DNA of 64,000 nt from Callorhinchus milii (taxonomy: Eukaryota), in NCBI RefSeq assembly GCF_018977255.1, contig NW_024704743.1, positions 78,618,001 through 78,682,000 on the forward strand, in the 5' to 3' direction. Made by a program: the position numbers and the translations under genes. Of this stretch, positions 37,527 to 51,692 are shown piece after piece; within the stretch, counting starts at the first letter, position 1, and every line of letters begins with the position of its first letter. A model generated the notes under the pieces. That model worked only from the letters and a program-made list of their open reading frames with translations. It did no database searches and was not told where the DNA came from.

Positions 37527-37624
37527 CTGCAGACACTGGACTTCCTGGACATAGTGGTGCTGGGAGAAGATGGAGGAGTTTGGTATGTCCAGTTATAGTC
37601 AGAGCCTTTTAGATCAATGATTAC
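37527..37624 (-). CDS. MTSS1: MTSS1 exon
   Basis: VIIDLKGSDYNWTYQTPPSSPSTTMSRKSSVC; 98 nt, phase 0-2. Confidence 0.96.
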
Positions 37625-37929
37625 CTAGAGTGAAAAATACAATTAATTACAAATAAAAACAATACATTGCAGGGTGAAATGGGCCAGGAATTGGGCAAAT
37701 TACAACATATGTTTTTGGATTCATGTTCCTTGTCAGGATATAGATAATTTTAAAAAACTTTAATGCATCAAGTTGCAAAAAACAAAACAAGAAAAGCAGA
37801 ATTATAAATAGTTACAGGAAAGTATTGAATCATCCAAGTCACTACTTATCAATGGAAACACCAAGCAGTACCGATAAGTTGCTTACGCTCGAGAGAAGAT
37901 TTAAAAAGTTACATTGAGGATTGACTGAC

Positions 37930-38037
37930 CTGCTCACTGGCTGAAGGCAGCTTGTGAGGATCCACAGTCAGATTAGTCAGGTCATCTGCAATGGTTTGGA
38001 GGTGGGTTACTTCTCCCAGCATCGACATTTCTTCTTC
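37930..38037 (-). CDS. MTSS1: MTSS1 exon (end of the IMD/I-BAR domain)
   Basis: EEEMSMLGEVTHLQTIADDLTNLTVDPHKLPSASEQ; 108 nt, phase 0-0. Confidence 0.96.
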
Positions 38038-38268
38038 CTGAGGCAGGAATAGAAGTTTAATAAGAACAACCTGATATATAGAACAGCGCCCAGGTAGGGT
38101 CCCAGAGCACTCCACAGTGACTCCAAGCCAGGGGAAGGGGGAGGTGACCGTAAGCACGATCAAAAATATACCTCTTTAACAGTAGTGATCAAGAAGTGCT
38201 GTTTGTGCCAGTACTGAGCTGAGTGATTACTTGACCCTGACTTCTCGGATGGCTCTATGGATAAAGTG

Positions 38269-38588
38269 GAGTCCTGTAGCTCAGTGGTTAGAGCACTCGC
38301 TTTGCAAGCGAGAGACCTGAGTTCAATTCCAGGCAGAGGGCGAAACCTTGGGCAAGTTTCCTTACTCCACACAGAGCCTAATAATAATCCCTCCAAAACC
38401 CAAAACAATAATAAATTGGTCATTTTCAATCCATGACTGTTTGTGGGACATTGCTGTGCGCAATTGGCTGCCGCGTTCGCCCACAAATATACAGTCAATT
38501 CACTTTACAGTTGTTCTGTGAAGCGCTTTGGGACGTCTTCCCGACGTGAAAAGCGCTATATCAAATGCAAGGATTATTATTATTATTA
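38269..38588 (+). mobile_element. Full-length young SINE (ACAGAG variant)
   Basis: A/B boxes, intact tRNA-like anticodon arm CTCGC-TTTGCAA-GCGAG, L2-type tail, (TTA)n. Confidence 0.92.
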
Positions 38589-39193
38589 AGTCACTATCCA
38601 ATGTAGGACTGAGCCAGCAGGTCGCAGGTTCCATTGCTAGTCTGTGCTGATTCAGCAGGACCATTAATGAAGTGAGAAAAGCTCGGGTTCAGCTGCAATG
38701 CTCTCTCTTCGGTCAAACAATCTGCTGCTACTCGGTCTGTCTAGACTTGCTCATGAAAAAGAAGCCACTGCCAACGTGTGGAATTTTAGCCCAGTAAGAG
38801 CCAACACTTTAGAGGAGTCATCTCCCAACTAATCTGTTCGGGATTAACTTCAACCACTTGTCACAGTTTGGGTTGATGTGATAACTGCAAGTCGTCACTT
38901 TTATTTCCAGTCAATTTATCAGTAAAACTTGACAGAAATCTGTATGCTTGTAAACTTGTAACCGTGCCCTGAAGAAGGCAATACTTTTTGGTTCCATGGC
39001 AACATGCACCAACAATTACTTTTTCTGAGACGACATTACTTGGCAACATCTAAGATGTACCTACAACAACATCCTCTCGGCAATCTGAATTTCCAGCTAA
39101 ATAAAAAGATTTTTTTAAAATTAAAAGTCCACCATTTCTGGCCTCTGTGGGACCATTTACCCTAGCCTGTTAAGTGTAATTTAATAAACTTAC

Positions 39194-39351
39194 AACAACA
39201 GGTCGCAGCATGGACACAAAACTACAGAAGCGACTGCGTTCTTCAATGAGAGCCCTACGGACGGCTTGCTTTTCAGTTTCTTCCAGCAGAAGGTACTTAT
39301 CATTGACATCTTGTAAAGCACTGTCCAACTGAGGCTGAATATCCCCCTTTC
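39194..39351 (-). CDS. MTSS1: MTSS1 exon (IMD)
   Basis: GKGDIQPQLDSALQDVNDKYLLLEETEKQAVRRALIEERSRFCSFVSMLRPVV; phase 1-0. Confidence 0.97.
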
Positions 39352-42300
39352 CTGAAAACAGAAGAAGAATTATGCATTTCAAATAAAAATAATCATTCTG
39401 CAGTTTTTTTTTAAATAGAAAAAAATCCTTCCCCTACCCCCTCAAAAAAGACGAATTATTTCCAATAATCTACAGGAAAAAATAATGAATGTAAGACTTT
39501 TAAAGGAATTAGTTTCTCATGTGATACTTAGCTTAATGGACTACTGGTATTCATGACCATTCTCCAGGGCAGGTTTGTCATACATTTAGCTTATGGTTAG
39601 CAACCTTCACCATCATCAATGCCCAAAGAGGCAGAAGCTTCTTTTTAGTTATTCTTGAAGTAAACTAAAAGAAACTTGACTTTGCCACAAACCTTGTTTT
39701 GCCTGTAATTTTTCAGTCCAAATATTTCTAAATAAATCTTGCAGAAGGGGTTTGTAGATGTCAAAAAAGGTGAATATAAATAAGCACTCATATCTACTCG
39801 GAGTTCACAACCATTATTATCAGACTCATCATATTCCCTCATCATATTACTTCTGATAACTATATTATGGTTGAGTGTTCATTTTAAAAAGGGGCAGATT
39901 ACCTGTGTTTTTTTTAAAAAGTACCTCACCAACAAAGTTGTAAGATAAATTCTTTCCTTTGGAGTTTTCAGTTACCAAAGTCTCATAAAAAAAAATTTCA
40001 ACAAAAAGCAGTCAAATTTAGACTACAAGAAGTTACATAAAAAGCATGAAATTCAGATGCTCCATTTATGAATGTATAATGGCGTAGTCAATTTTTCTAA
40101 ACTTCAAAAAGTTTCAGAGTCAATTATCGCTCATATTGGAGAGCAACATCTGCTGGAACAGCTGGTAGTAATATTTGATGGCTACATTTTGTCATCATTT
40201 TGCAAACTCAATTTGTTTCTATATTATATAGTCACATGTTCATACCTCATCATTCCCTTCAAAATTCAAATAGAATCGCAATGTCTAAATAGATTTCTCT
40301 AATTTTACCCAGTTAACAATTATTAACATATAAACCCTGTGCCGCAAATATGTAGTTTTTCACTGGACATTGAAGCAACTGATGACTAAAAATGCAATCG
40401 AAATAGCTCTTTGCTTCATAACTAGAGCATATCAGGAAAAACTAAACACTGCTATTTCTGTCAACGTGCAAACCAGAAAAGGGGAAAAACATCTTAACCC
40501 CTTACATTCAAAAGGTCCGACAACACATTCAACAAAAAAAAAACTCTGTGACATGAACAAGCAGATTTCTTATATCTATCTTAAGAAACAAAACACATTC
40601 CATTCAGGCTTTATCGCTTTTAAAAATACAACCTTGAACTCCCTTCCATACCCCAGAGACTCACAAAACACCAAAAGCACACTAAATTGGTTGCAAGGAA
40701 ACGCATAGTGAGACACTGAAACAAAACGTCATTGACATGCTTTGATTGGGGTTGCTAAAATATGGTGCTCCTAATACTTAAATCACCAGGAATTCTTTGG
40801 TGCACAAACCACTCACAGAACAATGAAGTAATGCGGCAGGAACAAGAAACCACAAACAAGGCTACTACATAGAGGGAACGATGTCAACTGCAGATATGGA
40901 GTTGTTTCAGCTCCCTTTGCCTCCTGGAACTAACATAAGTAGATATGGGCTCAAAGGGATCCTGGTTGACTAAATCAAAACAGTAAAGGTCTGTACCAGA
41001 GAGTAAGCATGTGATGAAGATCAATTGCTGTTGAATTAATGGAGCTAAGTGGGTATTAGTCCTGTTGTGTACATTTCATTGCAAAGTGGAATTGGATCGT
41101 CATTTAAAGAGGATAAGAGATTTTATTCATTGTCATGTTCTCACAGCAACTGAGAAGTTTAGTGCTATATGAGAACTTCATGAAAATCAAACATTCCTTC
41201 TAATTCCACGCATAATAAACTTTATTGTTTTAAATGGTCTTAAATGTTATCTCTTCGTTTGTAAATTTTGTTTTAAAAAAGCATTTACAAGAAATAATTA
41301 TCAGGGGAAGAAGTGCAATATCAGGTTGTGTCTCACCTCCGCTAATAAATCGTTAAATATTTTGGGAAGATCATTAGAAGCTGCAAATTAGATTCCAATG
41401 TCGTTGTTTCTTTACTCGTCATTACAGCAAAATATTTGATATTTGGGGATTTATTTTTCTCTTGAGTTACATTTTTACTGTACTGCTATACTTTTCTGCA
41501 AATGTAAAAGATGTTTAACATGATGGATAGTAAATATAATCCATGCCACAGATTTTGCTGGCAGCATAGTAAAATCTGTCAAAAATATGCAGTTTGCTGT
41601 TCACGCCATAAAATCTAAAACTCTATCCCTTTGGGTTACTTCCACATACGCACTGCACTGTAAACTCAACCCACATTTCCCTTCTGTCCAAGTCTGAAGG
41701 ATTACTCCAAACCCACATGAGGCAGTCACCTCAATGAATATTTTGTATTTCATGGAGATGACATTGGAACTTGCAATTGAATCTGCACTTTGCACACGTA
41801 GGAAGCATCAACAGTGGCAAATACCAGAACCTTTATGCAATCCTCATATTGATTTAATTCCTATTCAAAAATTACGTTGAATCCATCTTAATTACTTCCT
41901 TAAATTGAAGTGCATGATGAGAAGCCACAGGATACTAGTTCACACTTAACCCTACTTGGAAATTAAGGCTAGATCAATGCACTTATTTGAAATAAAACTA
42001 TATCCCTTAGTCTTGTTTATTTTTCATTTCATTTTATATTAAAAAAATAAACTTCACTGGGGAACTAAACCATAGAAATGTGGAGAATAAGACTTCCCAC
42101 AACCTGAACAGTCCCTACAATTAACATACATAAAGACTCCACGTTTTAAATGAGTAAAATCTTTCCCCACATTCCTCATACATTTCAGCTGGCAGGAAAT
42201 AGTGGAGGATACCCAACGGTAAAAGACTGATAATGATCTTTCCAAAAAACAATTAATGTCAGTAAGTGCAATTCCTTTTGTACTGCACACTTTCAGAGAT

Positions 42301-42936
42301 GGAATGAATTTGTGCTCAATAGTGAACAACAGAGGGACTTCACATGAATTAAAACCAATTGTAACCTCGTTCTGCATTAGGTTTAGATTACCGTTATGTT
42401 AGGCTTGAGATATTACTAAGCGTTCCTCCAATTTCACCCAATGTATTCACAAAAAAACAAGAGGAAGCAAACATACATTTTAAGGCAACCAAGAACTTGG
42501 AACTGGCTACAGATTACACGGATTGGCAATTTCATTTACGTGTTTACATTACAGAACCATTTAAACTAAAATAATCAGAAAAATGTCCTTGGCTGCCAAT
42601 TGTTTAGAATGCATCCATTTGCATCATGGAGCAGTTTCCACACCATCGTTGGTGACAGACATGCTCATGGCTTGGAATTTGCGACACACTCTGGCTTCTG
42701 AACCTTCCTTGATCTCTGGGGAAAGTCTGTAAAGGCCAGCAATGCAAAATACACCAATCATCCAATTCAAAGGATCACTGAGCTTGAGCTTTTTTTTGAG
42801 GGAGGGAATGGGGGAAGAAAGAAGAGGCAAAGGGAAGAAACAGACTGGCAGTTAGTGGTGACGACTATTCATACACATCTAGCCCACAAAATAGGTTCAA
42901 TCACCAGCGAGCAGGGTAGAGTGTAGCTCAACTTAC

Positions 42937-42948
42937 CAAAAACATCAG
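42937..42948 (-). CDS. MTSS1: MTSS1 12-nt microexon (inserts ADVF into the IMD)
   Basis: cttcttcctgctag|CTGATGTTTTTG|gtaagt; phase 1-1; lies where mammalian MIM has its 4-residue insertion (between K-rich motif and GxGD). Confidence 0.8.
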
Positions 42949-44854
42949 CTAGCAGGAAGAAGATATGGCACAGCAAAATTTGATACAAAGAGGGAAAGAA
43001 AATAAGTCAAACTAATCTTCAAGGTGTCGTGCACAAACACATGCACGCACGCACACTCTCACACACACCTATGATTTTTTCCAAAATTGTACATGCATAC
43101 ACAAACCCACACTTTGTTTCAACAAAACAAGGTAAAATGAACCCGATCTACATATTTGCACTTGGTTACAATTTTCCCACCAGGTTAAAAATTACTTGCA
43201 TAAAAATATTTGCAATATTACTGGGCCATTAACTGTAAACCATCTTATTAAGAACGTCAATCATATGATCACATTTTGGCACCGATGAGCCCACTCACTG
43301 AAGTTCTGCAAGTGTGTCATAAAGAGGCTAAACAATTGGATGATGCATAATTTTAAATAGTGGGCGAGAGTGTAGGAGAATTAATATGTAGAGATTTTTC
43401 AATAAGAAGTGAAAGATGATGGGTGATCATGACATTTAACTCTCATAACTATTTATAGAAAGCTTCAGTTGCTACTAAACTATATTGTCCGCCTATTTTA
43501 AATCAGCAAAGCAATTTGGTTTCAAGGAGACATTGAGAAGCTTATCTGAAGTTCCAGAATTACAGTATTATGTAAAAGTACTGATTAAATGAAGCTAATA
43601 ATTGACTTTACTTTGTCTACACCTCTGTAGTAGCTGATCTGTTCATTTATAATATTTAATAACTTCTGGAAGGCAGCAATGCATTGCAATAGTCTATATA
43701 CAATTGACAGAAATGAATCTGAATAAAATGTTTTAATAGCCTTCTTGTAGAAGGAAGGATGCAGTCAGCTTACTCATTTCTCACTACTTTCACAAAGACT
43801 TAATTCACGAAGATCAACATTTTGCACACTTTACAAATAAAGGCTAACACAAGGTTACATTTTCTTTAACCTTATACCAATACTTAGAAAACTGCAACAA
43901 TTAGTTTAAAAAAATGCCTGTGTTTTCCTAAATAGATTGGGAAGTACAGTATAAACATGTAGAAATGAAAGGCAAGACACATCAGATCACAATTTCTCCC
44001 TATTTTAAGTAGTACATCAATCATACACCAACCTGGAAGAATGTATATAAAAATGATGCTCATTAATGTTCTCCATTTATCCACCAGACCACAATATAGC
44101 TTTATGTTATTGTGCCACGCAGAGACATAGATAAACCTGCCATCAACTTATTTTCCATATTGTGTCTTAGCCTAGTCTCTGTTCTCCAGAAATAGTGCTG
44201 CTCCCACATTAAGAAGCTCAGGAAGCCATCCAGGGGTCTCTCCTCCTCCCTCATTCTGAACACAATCTACTCTTTACAATGACAGACTGGCAGATCTTGG
44301 TGGTACATGGCAGCCCAGTCAGGGACTCAGATTGATGAGCAAAACAGGAATCAAGCAAATGGCTTTAGCCCAATTTGTAACAAAAGGTGTACGAAAATAT
44401 GCATCGGAAATTGACTTTTTTTAAAAAAAAGCAACTGTTTTAAATAAAGCACTACATGATGAGTCAAGCAGTTCAAATTTATCAACAACATTGCAAACCT
44501 AGAAAACTGCTGACTGCTTACATGTAAGAATGCCCTTCCATTTTGACCCTCATCGTTAAAAAGCTAATGAAATCAATTTCTTAATAAAACTATTGCTCAC
44601 AGACAAAGCATGTTGCTGACTAAGTTGCTGGAGAGTTTATTCACAATTTCCCTGCATAATATGCTCGTGATCTTCCCCTATTCCATTCTGATAAAAGGCT
44701 GAATAAAATTGAGGCTGGAGGCTTGAAATTTCAATTTCCCTGCAACAAAAAGACTTGCTGTCCAAGCACCTGTTATTCAAATAATCTTTGGTATATAGCT
44801 CAAGAACAGCATTGGAACAATCCTGGTTAAAGCAACTAACGACATTCTGTCCAT

Positions 44855-45325
44855 CTGCTACCAGGGGTCTCTCTGCCTCCTTGATCTCTCTGCTGCCACC
44901 ACCTCTCTTCTCAGCTCCACCTTCATGAACCTGCCCTTGCCTGGTTCAAATACTACCTCTCCCACCATCTCCACCAACGGCTTCTCCTTCAGCCCCCGCA
45001 CCGTCAACTGTGGCGTCCTCAGGGCTCTGTCCTTGGTCCTCTCCTTTTCAACATGTACATGCTCCCTCTTGGTGGCATCATCCGCAGACATGGGGTCAAC
45101 TTCCACATGTATGTAGATGACACCCAACTCTCTCTCTGCCTCCACCCTTGACTCCAGGACCACTGCTATCCTCACAGACTACTGTCAGACATGGTCCTGG
45201 ATGGGGGTTAACCTTCTTCAGTTGAATGTCAACAAGACCGAGGCTCTCCTGATTGGCTGCAGTCAGCTCCTCAATTACCTCGGGCGCTGACAGCATCACC
45301 GTTCATGGATGCACTCTGCACCTCA
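44855..45325 (+). mobile_element. Degenerate L2 RT fragment
   Basis: Similar to 12983-13300; YVDDTQ motif at about 45110. Confidence 0.8.
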
Positions 45326-47414
45326 TGAGCCACTTGGACTAACAGCTGTTTGGCGTGACTTAAAGGTTGAAAAAAATAAGGGGAAGATAGAAAATGGGAT
45401 CTACAAAGAGAAGTAAGAAAGAGAAGAGACTAGCAATTCCATTTTCATTGAGAGTGCTGAGATCCATTGAAACATCAGAAAAAATATGTGGGTTTGAAGT
45501 CCTGATCTCAAGTATTCTGAACAAAGGTGCCACCTTTGGAAAGTCTTCCGCTGGCTTCTGTTGTGTGATCCTGGAGACCTGGTTCATAATTGTGTAAGTG
45601 GAACGAGGGATTACCTAAGCCCAAATACTGTAAGGAAACAAAGGGATGGGAGAGACAAATAACTGAATAAAAAGAGAACAGTGAACCAATTACACTCTGT
45701 TTTATTTCCAGTATTACATAATGCTCGTTTTGTCTTCTTCATTTCAGATCTGTTCATTCATTTGTAGTTATACTACATACTGGACTAAGAAGGCAGGCAA
45801 ATAACCTACTCTCTTTTCTCTGTCACTGTCATAGAAATAGCACTAATAATCGTTGCGTTTGATATAGCAGCTTATTAGGTCTTTGAGACGTCTCAAAGCG
45901 CTTCACAGGATATACTGTAAAGTATAGTGACTGTATGTTTTGTTGGCGAAATGTTGACTGAGGTTGGTCTAAGTCATGGCAGCAGTTCCAGAGGAATGTC
46001 TGCTGGTGAAGCAGGATTAAACAACTAGTTCCACGTAGTGTAGACGCCAACCTGCAGCAAATGAAAGTATAAGATTTAAAACTTACACAGTCTTTGAGAA
46101 AAAGTCTGAAGCCACAGTTCTGACATCCAGCCAGATGAAACCAGATTGATTAATCATAAACGCCTGCAAATCACTAACTTGTAGCTAAAATTAAAAGTCA
46201 CCACAGAGTGGTTTTCCAAGTTTGAAACTTCAAATTACAATAAACTAGTGATTTGAGGAGCAGGTCCTTAGATGTGGGCATCCATGATGAGCTCTCGAAT
46301 ATTGGTTGCTTGAAGCTAGGCTATAAATCTTCCCAACTGATTATGGGAGTTTTCCTAAACGAAGTCTCCTTCAGAAGACAGCCGACCCAAAGGTTCAGTA
46401 AATTGATGACCCCACTCAGCATGGAATTGAACAATAAAGAACGTACGGTCTGAGGTGATCTGGAGGTAGAGGAACTCAGCAACCAAGACTCCAGTAGAGC
46501 TCTACTTTCCAAGTCTCCTGCTCAATATGGCTACTGCTGGAAAGTGCACATTTGTAGATATAATCAATATCTGGCTTAATTGCCACATTTTCCCTCAGTC
46601 AAATAGCTTCCAAAGTTCAGCTTTTATTTGAAAAAGGAACAGCAAGAGGAATGACAACAAGTTCAAGGGCAGAACTGGCAGCTCTTTGCATTACTTAGCA
46701 AAAAACATAGGCTTCTTGCATTAGGACTGTGGAATCAGATAAGGAAGCATCCGACAAACCAAGATATGAATTCCATCATCTTAAAAACTGGGCAGGTGGC
46801 AGCTACCATGTGCCGTAATGACCTTTTACCAAATCCAGCTAAACCAAAGCTTCATTTTCATGCATTCATTATCCTTATTTATTGTTTCTACCCAATTTCC
46901 TTATGTAACACAGCTCTTATGATTCTAATTTGCTCTATTCTGGTGATGCATATGGTTCTATTCCCACATTCGGGTCATTAATATATTAAGAAAGCAAGGA
47001 AAATGTAGTTCCTTTCTTAATAATGTGTGAAGGACAGCCTCGATGGTGCAATGGATGGAACTGCAGCTTACAGACCAATTACTTGCTTGTTCGGATCCTG
47101 GTCCATGCTGAGCTCACTGGTCTCAGCCGGGGTTGGAATGGGAGACTAAATTAGTCCTGGTCTTCTCAGGATTGGAGAGGGGAAAACCAGCCAGCATTTC
47201 CGTCCTGGTCCTTCTACAGCACCTTTTACTGGCTGTGCACATGTATGGTGGGGAGAAGTCAGGCTCGGCTGCGATACTCATTGTAGTCGAGTTTCCTGAC
47301 GACACTCAGTGCAAAGGCTTACATATGAATAATGGCCACTTGGGCAGGAGGGAAACCAGTATTCGTGGAACCATATCCCAGCAAGATGGAGGGAGCGGGT
47401 GGCGGAGTAGGGGG

Positions 47415-47945
47415 TAAGCTGATCAGATAGGTAGCGAGGTGCGAGGGCATGAAGGGATTTGAAAATGAGTGAGAGGATCTTGAAATTGATCTGTTTGGTA
47501 ACCGGGAGCCAATGGAGCCTGGCAAGGGCTGGTGTGATGGGGGTACGGAGTTTTGTGCGGGTGAGTATCTGGGCAGCAGAGTTGTGGATTAATGGAATTT
47601 TGTGTAAGGTGGAGCTGGGAAGACAACAACAACAACAAAATTACATTTGTGTAGCGCCTTTCACATTGGGAGAACGTTCCAGGGAGCTGGACAGTCAGTG
47701 TTTTAGACCCGAGCTGGGGGGCGGGATCGGGGATGGTTGAGGGCAGGGGGGGAAGGAGGGTGATCAAAAGCACGGTCGAAGAGGAGGGTGTTGAGATGGA
47801 TCTTGAAGGAGGCAAGGGAGGGGGTGAGCCGGAGGAACTGCGGGATGGAGTTCCAGAGAGTGGGGGCAGAGTGGCAGAAGACCAGCGAGGAGGGCATTGG
47901 AATAGTTCAGCCCGGAAGTGACGAAGATGTGGAAGAGGGTTTTGG
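47415..47945 (-). mobile_element. L2 fragments (3' end with (TTG)n plus an older ORF2 piece)
   Basis: Reverse complement resembles the L2 3' end 13800-14076 and the ORF2 region near LHWLP. Confidence 0.7.
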
Positions 47946-50900
47946 CTTTGTTGGTTATGAGGTATGGATGGAGGGGGGCAATGTGACGGCAGACAAAACA
48001 TAAATCAGAGTGAATTTAACTTATACACCACCAACCACGAAAAGATGTGCTATTCTTATTGCATTTATTTTATTGGAGTCTTGTCGATTTATAACAGATT
48101 TTAAAGTTTAGAATTAAATAATTACCAAAAAGAAACAAATCAACTCTACTGAAAACACATTTATTAAGTTGTCCGAGTAAAGGTCTGAGATTTATGAACT
48201 GGATAGGTTTCTGGTTGGTGCTATTAAAAGTTGCACAAAGCTACTTCATCATTCTCAAATCTAGGCTTCACTATCAATGGATCGCTGAAAGCTAAACTTG
48301 TTACAATTTTTCTTAATTTCCTAGTAAACTGACAGAAAGCCTAATTAACAACTGTAGTTTTCCTCCAGCAAGGGAGGACTCGGTAATACTCAACGTTCAT
48401 TGGGCTTGGATAAAGTTAATAGGAATTCTGAATCACATCACCAGAAATGATGCAGCAGCAAACTACCCACAGATGTGCATGTGTCAATGAATGAGGTTTC
48501 TGACGGTACTCTAACTCAGGACAAGTGGAGATCTACAGTGTTGAAGAGTATTGCTACGTTTGGAATGGAGGGCCTTATTTAGACGTGCCCTACCCGAATG
48601 CCACAGTTAATGGCTTGACACACTAATCACCCCTCAGCTAAGTACATACACTAAATGTATGAATCTATTGCTGTTTTCCCATGGAACGTGATGATTATTA
48701 CAACTAATTGTCAGCAGGAAAAAAACTTAACTTGTGCAAAAATATTCACATCTCCCCCACTCTACCCTATTATGAAAGTGAGCTGCTGGAAAGCCTTTCT
48801 AGTTTTCCACCCGAGCTGTTATGTTTTGCTCTGCGGCTTCATAATGCCGTCTTTAAATCCTGTCTAAAAACCTAGCTGTTCATCCGAGACTACAAGTTAC
48901 CTTCCCACCCCCGCTTGATGTCCGACAGGATCTCTGTAAAGCGTTCCAAAATGTTAGCATACGTGAACAGCATTTTTTAGATGCAAGCTGCAATGTATAT
49001 TTAAAATTCCACCTGAATCCTGACATTCTCAAATCTCGACTAACCCAAGCTTCAGTCAAGGCTACATTCCAAAGCTGCTGTTCCTCTATAAATTGAGTTT
49101 GGCCAGGTTTAGGGCACAGGTTATCATAAACACAAAATTTGTAATGAAATCATTTGAGCCCTCACTCACAAGGAGGACAAATCTGCAGAGGTTGTGGCTT
49201 TGCATTGAATTAAACCCTGGTTTAAATAGAAACTATTTCAGCAGTTTGTATAATGTGCTGAACAAGTAAAGCTGCACCATGGTATGGGCACCTCTTTCTC
49301 CTAATGCTAAACTCTACAACTATCTCAATTTATTTATAGGGTATTGCAGATTTAGGTTGTTTTAGACACGCCGACTAGAACTTAAATGCATTTTCTGCAT
49401 GCACCTGAAGTAGTCCCCTCATATCGTTCATACAACAGTGTAGGTCCAATGGAAACTGGGATAGTCTAAATATACCAGTCTAAAAATATAGTACAATATA
49501 TTAAAAACATTAAAATTAGCCAAGATGTGGGGCAGCTAACATTGATACAAATATTATTCTAGAGCATTAGTATCTGGTGTAGATCTCAATGGTGCTCACT
49601 TCAGAAATCAGTACAGAATGTGACAACGGCAGCAACCTCAAAATCCGAAACCAGACATTTTAGCACAAACATACACAGGTAGCGAGTAAGTGAATGGAAC
49701 CACAATGTACCTGGTGTATAAAACAACTATTCCTCTAAGATCTCCACATTTGGTAAAATGAATGCAAAATAGGTTAACTTCAAAAGTATTTTAAGAAAGG
49801 GTATGAAGCCAAAGAGGAATATTGTTCATAAATATTTATGAAAGGCTCCAAAGAATTTTAAAAAGGGAATGAGAATTTGGGGGGAGGGGGTTGTCACCTT
49901 TGTAAGATTAAAATAATATGATTTATGCAATACTGTGACATGGCAGGTGGATCCATGCTACAAATGCCTGAACATCTTCAGTCTGCAAATATTGTCTTTC
50001 AGCAAAACAATAGCATTACTAGTGGTGCCTGACCCCCTGAAAAGGTACCTTGTGGTGCAACCTGATTCTGCAGCAAGGAACACCTATTCACATCATGATA
50101 CTCTGACCATCAATTTGCAATGATCCAAATTTCCCCAAAAAGGACCAGCTAACATCAGTTTTAAATGAATGATCATTGCAAACTACGTGTAAAGTGGATG
50201 GTCAGCATAGTAGCCTCTTCACTGAGATTATTGACGTGAAAGGCGCTATACAAATGTAATAATAATAATAATAGTAATCTTTTGTTGTTGTATTGCCTAC
50301 TTTTTGCATCACTGTGAGCAGACATCCTTTGTTTACAAATGCCATTTGATTGATTTTCCTTGCACGGATTTAAAACAGCTATATTTAAAACAATGTATAG
50401 GAATAACCTAGTCATTATTCACTTAATATTTTGGGCTTATTTAGTCAGTAGTTTACTCTGACTAACTAACAGCAATGCCATCAAAATGGAACAATATCTG
50501 AAGCAGAAAATTAAATAATCATTATAAAATTAGTTCTATTGGTAAATTATCTTTACAAAACTGAAATCCTGTAAATGTACAATATACGTTTTTACAGAGA
50601 ATTAATACAAAACTGAAATTATTTACTCTTCATGTAGCAACTATTTCTAATGTTGGTGCATTTTATAATCATTGAAAGATTTTACCCTAAGAACCAGTTA
50701 CTGCACGATGAACGATTTTGAGTAACATGGCAACCCTGGGATCATTTTTACCAGGAAACCGGTCTACAATGACAATCAGCAGGCAGGTGAAATTCCTGTT
50801 AAACCAGGAGATTAACTTCAAATGTAATGGGTTTCGACATGTGTCAGACACTCGGCTGACCAAAAAATATACATCAATGTAAAAAGTCACACATTAACTC

Positions 50901-51617
50901 TCATGTGTAAAGTGTCACGGCCAAAATGTTAATCCATCGTTCTCCTTTAGATCTGCAGTTTTACTGTTTTATCTCTGGACTTTCAGTTTATTACCCTGCT
51001 TGTTATTCCCACTTTTTCGGGACAGTATTTGGGGGCTAGAACTTGTCAAAGCTCCAAATCTACTGTGTTGTCCTTCATTGGAGGCTTTTCCCTGGTTCAC
51101 AGGATTCAAGCAAGAAACAGCATGGACTGTGTACTGTTCACTGGACTGACAATAACTGCATTGATTTTGGAAGGCCTTAAATAGGACATATTGCCAATGA
51201 CCAGCACAAAGGACAAATTTTAGTCTGTGCAAAATGGGCGGAAGGATTTCTATTTCAAAAAACAAAGATCAATTCAGTACAACAAATTCAAATACTGACT
51301 GTCCTTTTTGTGGTTACAACAATGAACTGCTAGGTTACATAGTAACCACAAATGCAATGAAGTCAAAAAGAACTTCTGTAATCCTTGAGTCAATAGTTTA
51401 TATTTACAGCCTCAAAACTTTCAGTCAATAATGTATTGTCTGCTTGAACACACTTTTGCTGTGTAGAGACTAAATTCAACTTGATACCATTGGATCAGAA
51501 CAATTACATAGAAGATTAAGTACAACTGCAGATAACCATGTAAATCTGGTGGCAAAGTGTGTTATGCTATGAATAAATCAGAGAAAATAATCAAATGTCC
51601 ATTTTAAAATAACGTAC

Positions 51618-51692
51618 CTTTCCTCGCCTTCTTTTGAAGTTTCAATGTGTCAGACGATTTCTTTTTGATTTCTTGTCGAGCTTTCTTATATT
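51618..51692 (-). CDS. MTSS1: MTSS1 exon (IMD basic cluster)
   Basis: EYKKARQEIKKKSSDTLKLQKKARK; 75 nt, phase 1-1; AAG acceptor. Confidence 0.96.

Noticed and set aside
38269..38340. tRNA-Ala(TGC)-like cloverleaf (D arm and anticodon arm intact); also at 5762, 18798, 19259, 35687 and 56457
   Set aside because: No complementary acceptor stem, and each copy continues into a SINE body and tail, so these are SINE heads rather than tRNA genes
41337..41380. Candidate cryptic MTSS1 exon (tttgcag...GAG|gtgaga, minus strand)
   Set aside because: 44 nt and phase-incompatible with the flanking phase-1 intron; weak pyrimidine tract; no recognisable homology
47030..47400. Faint ancient SINE-like similarity among about 27580-27800, 38600-38810, 47030-47400 and 53680-53960
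   Set aside because: Too degenerate to define boundaries or a family by eye; needs a profile search
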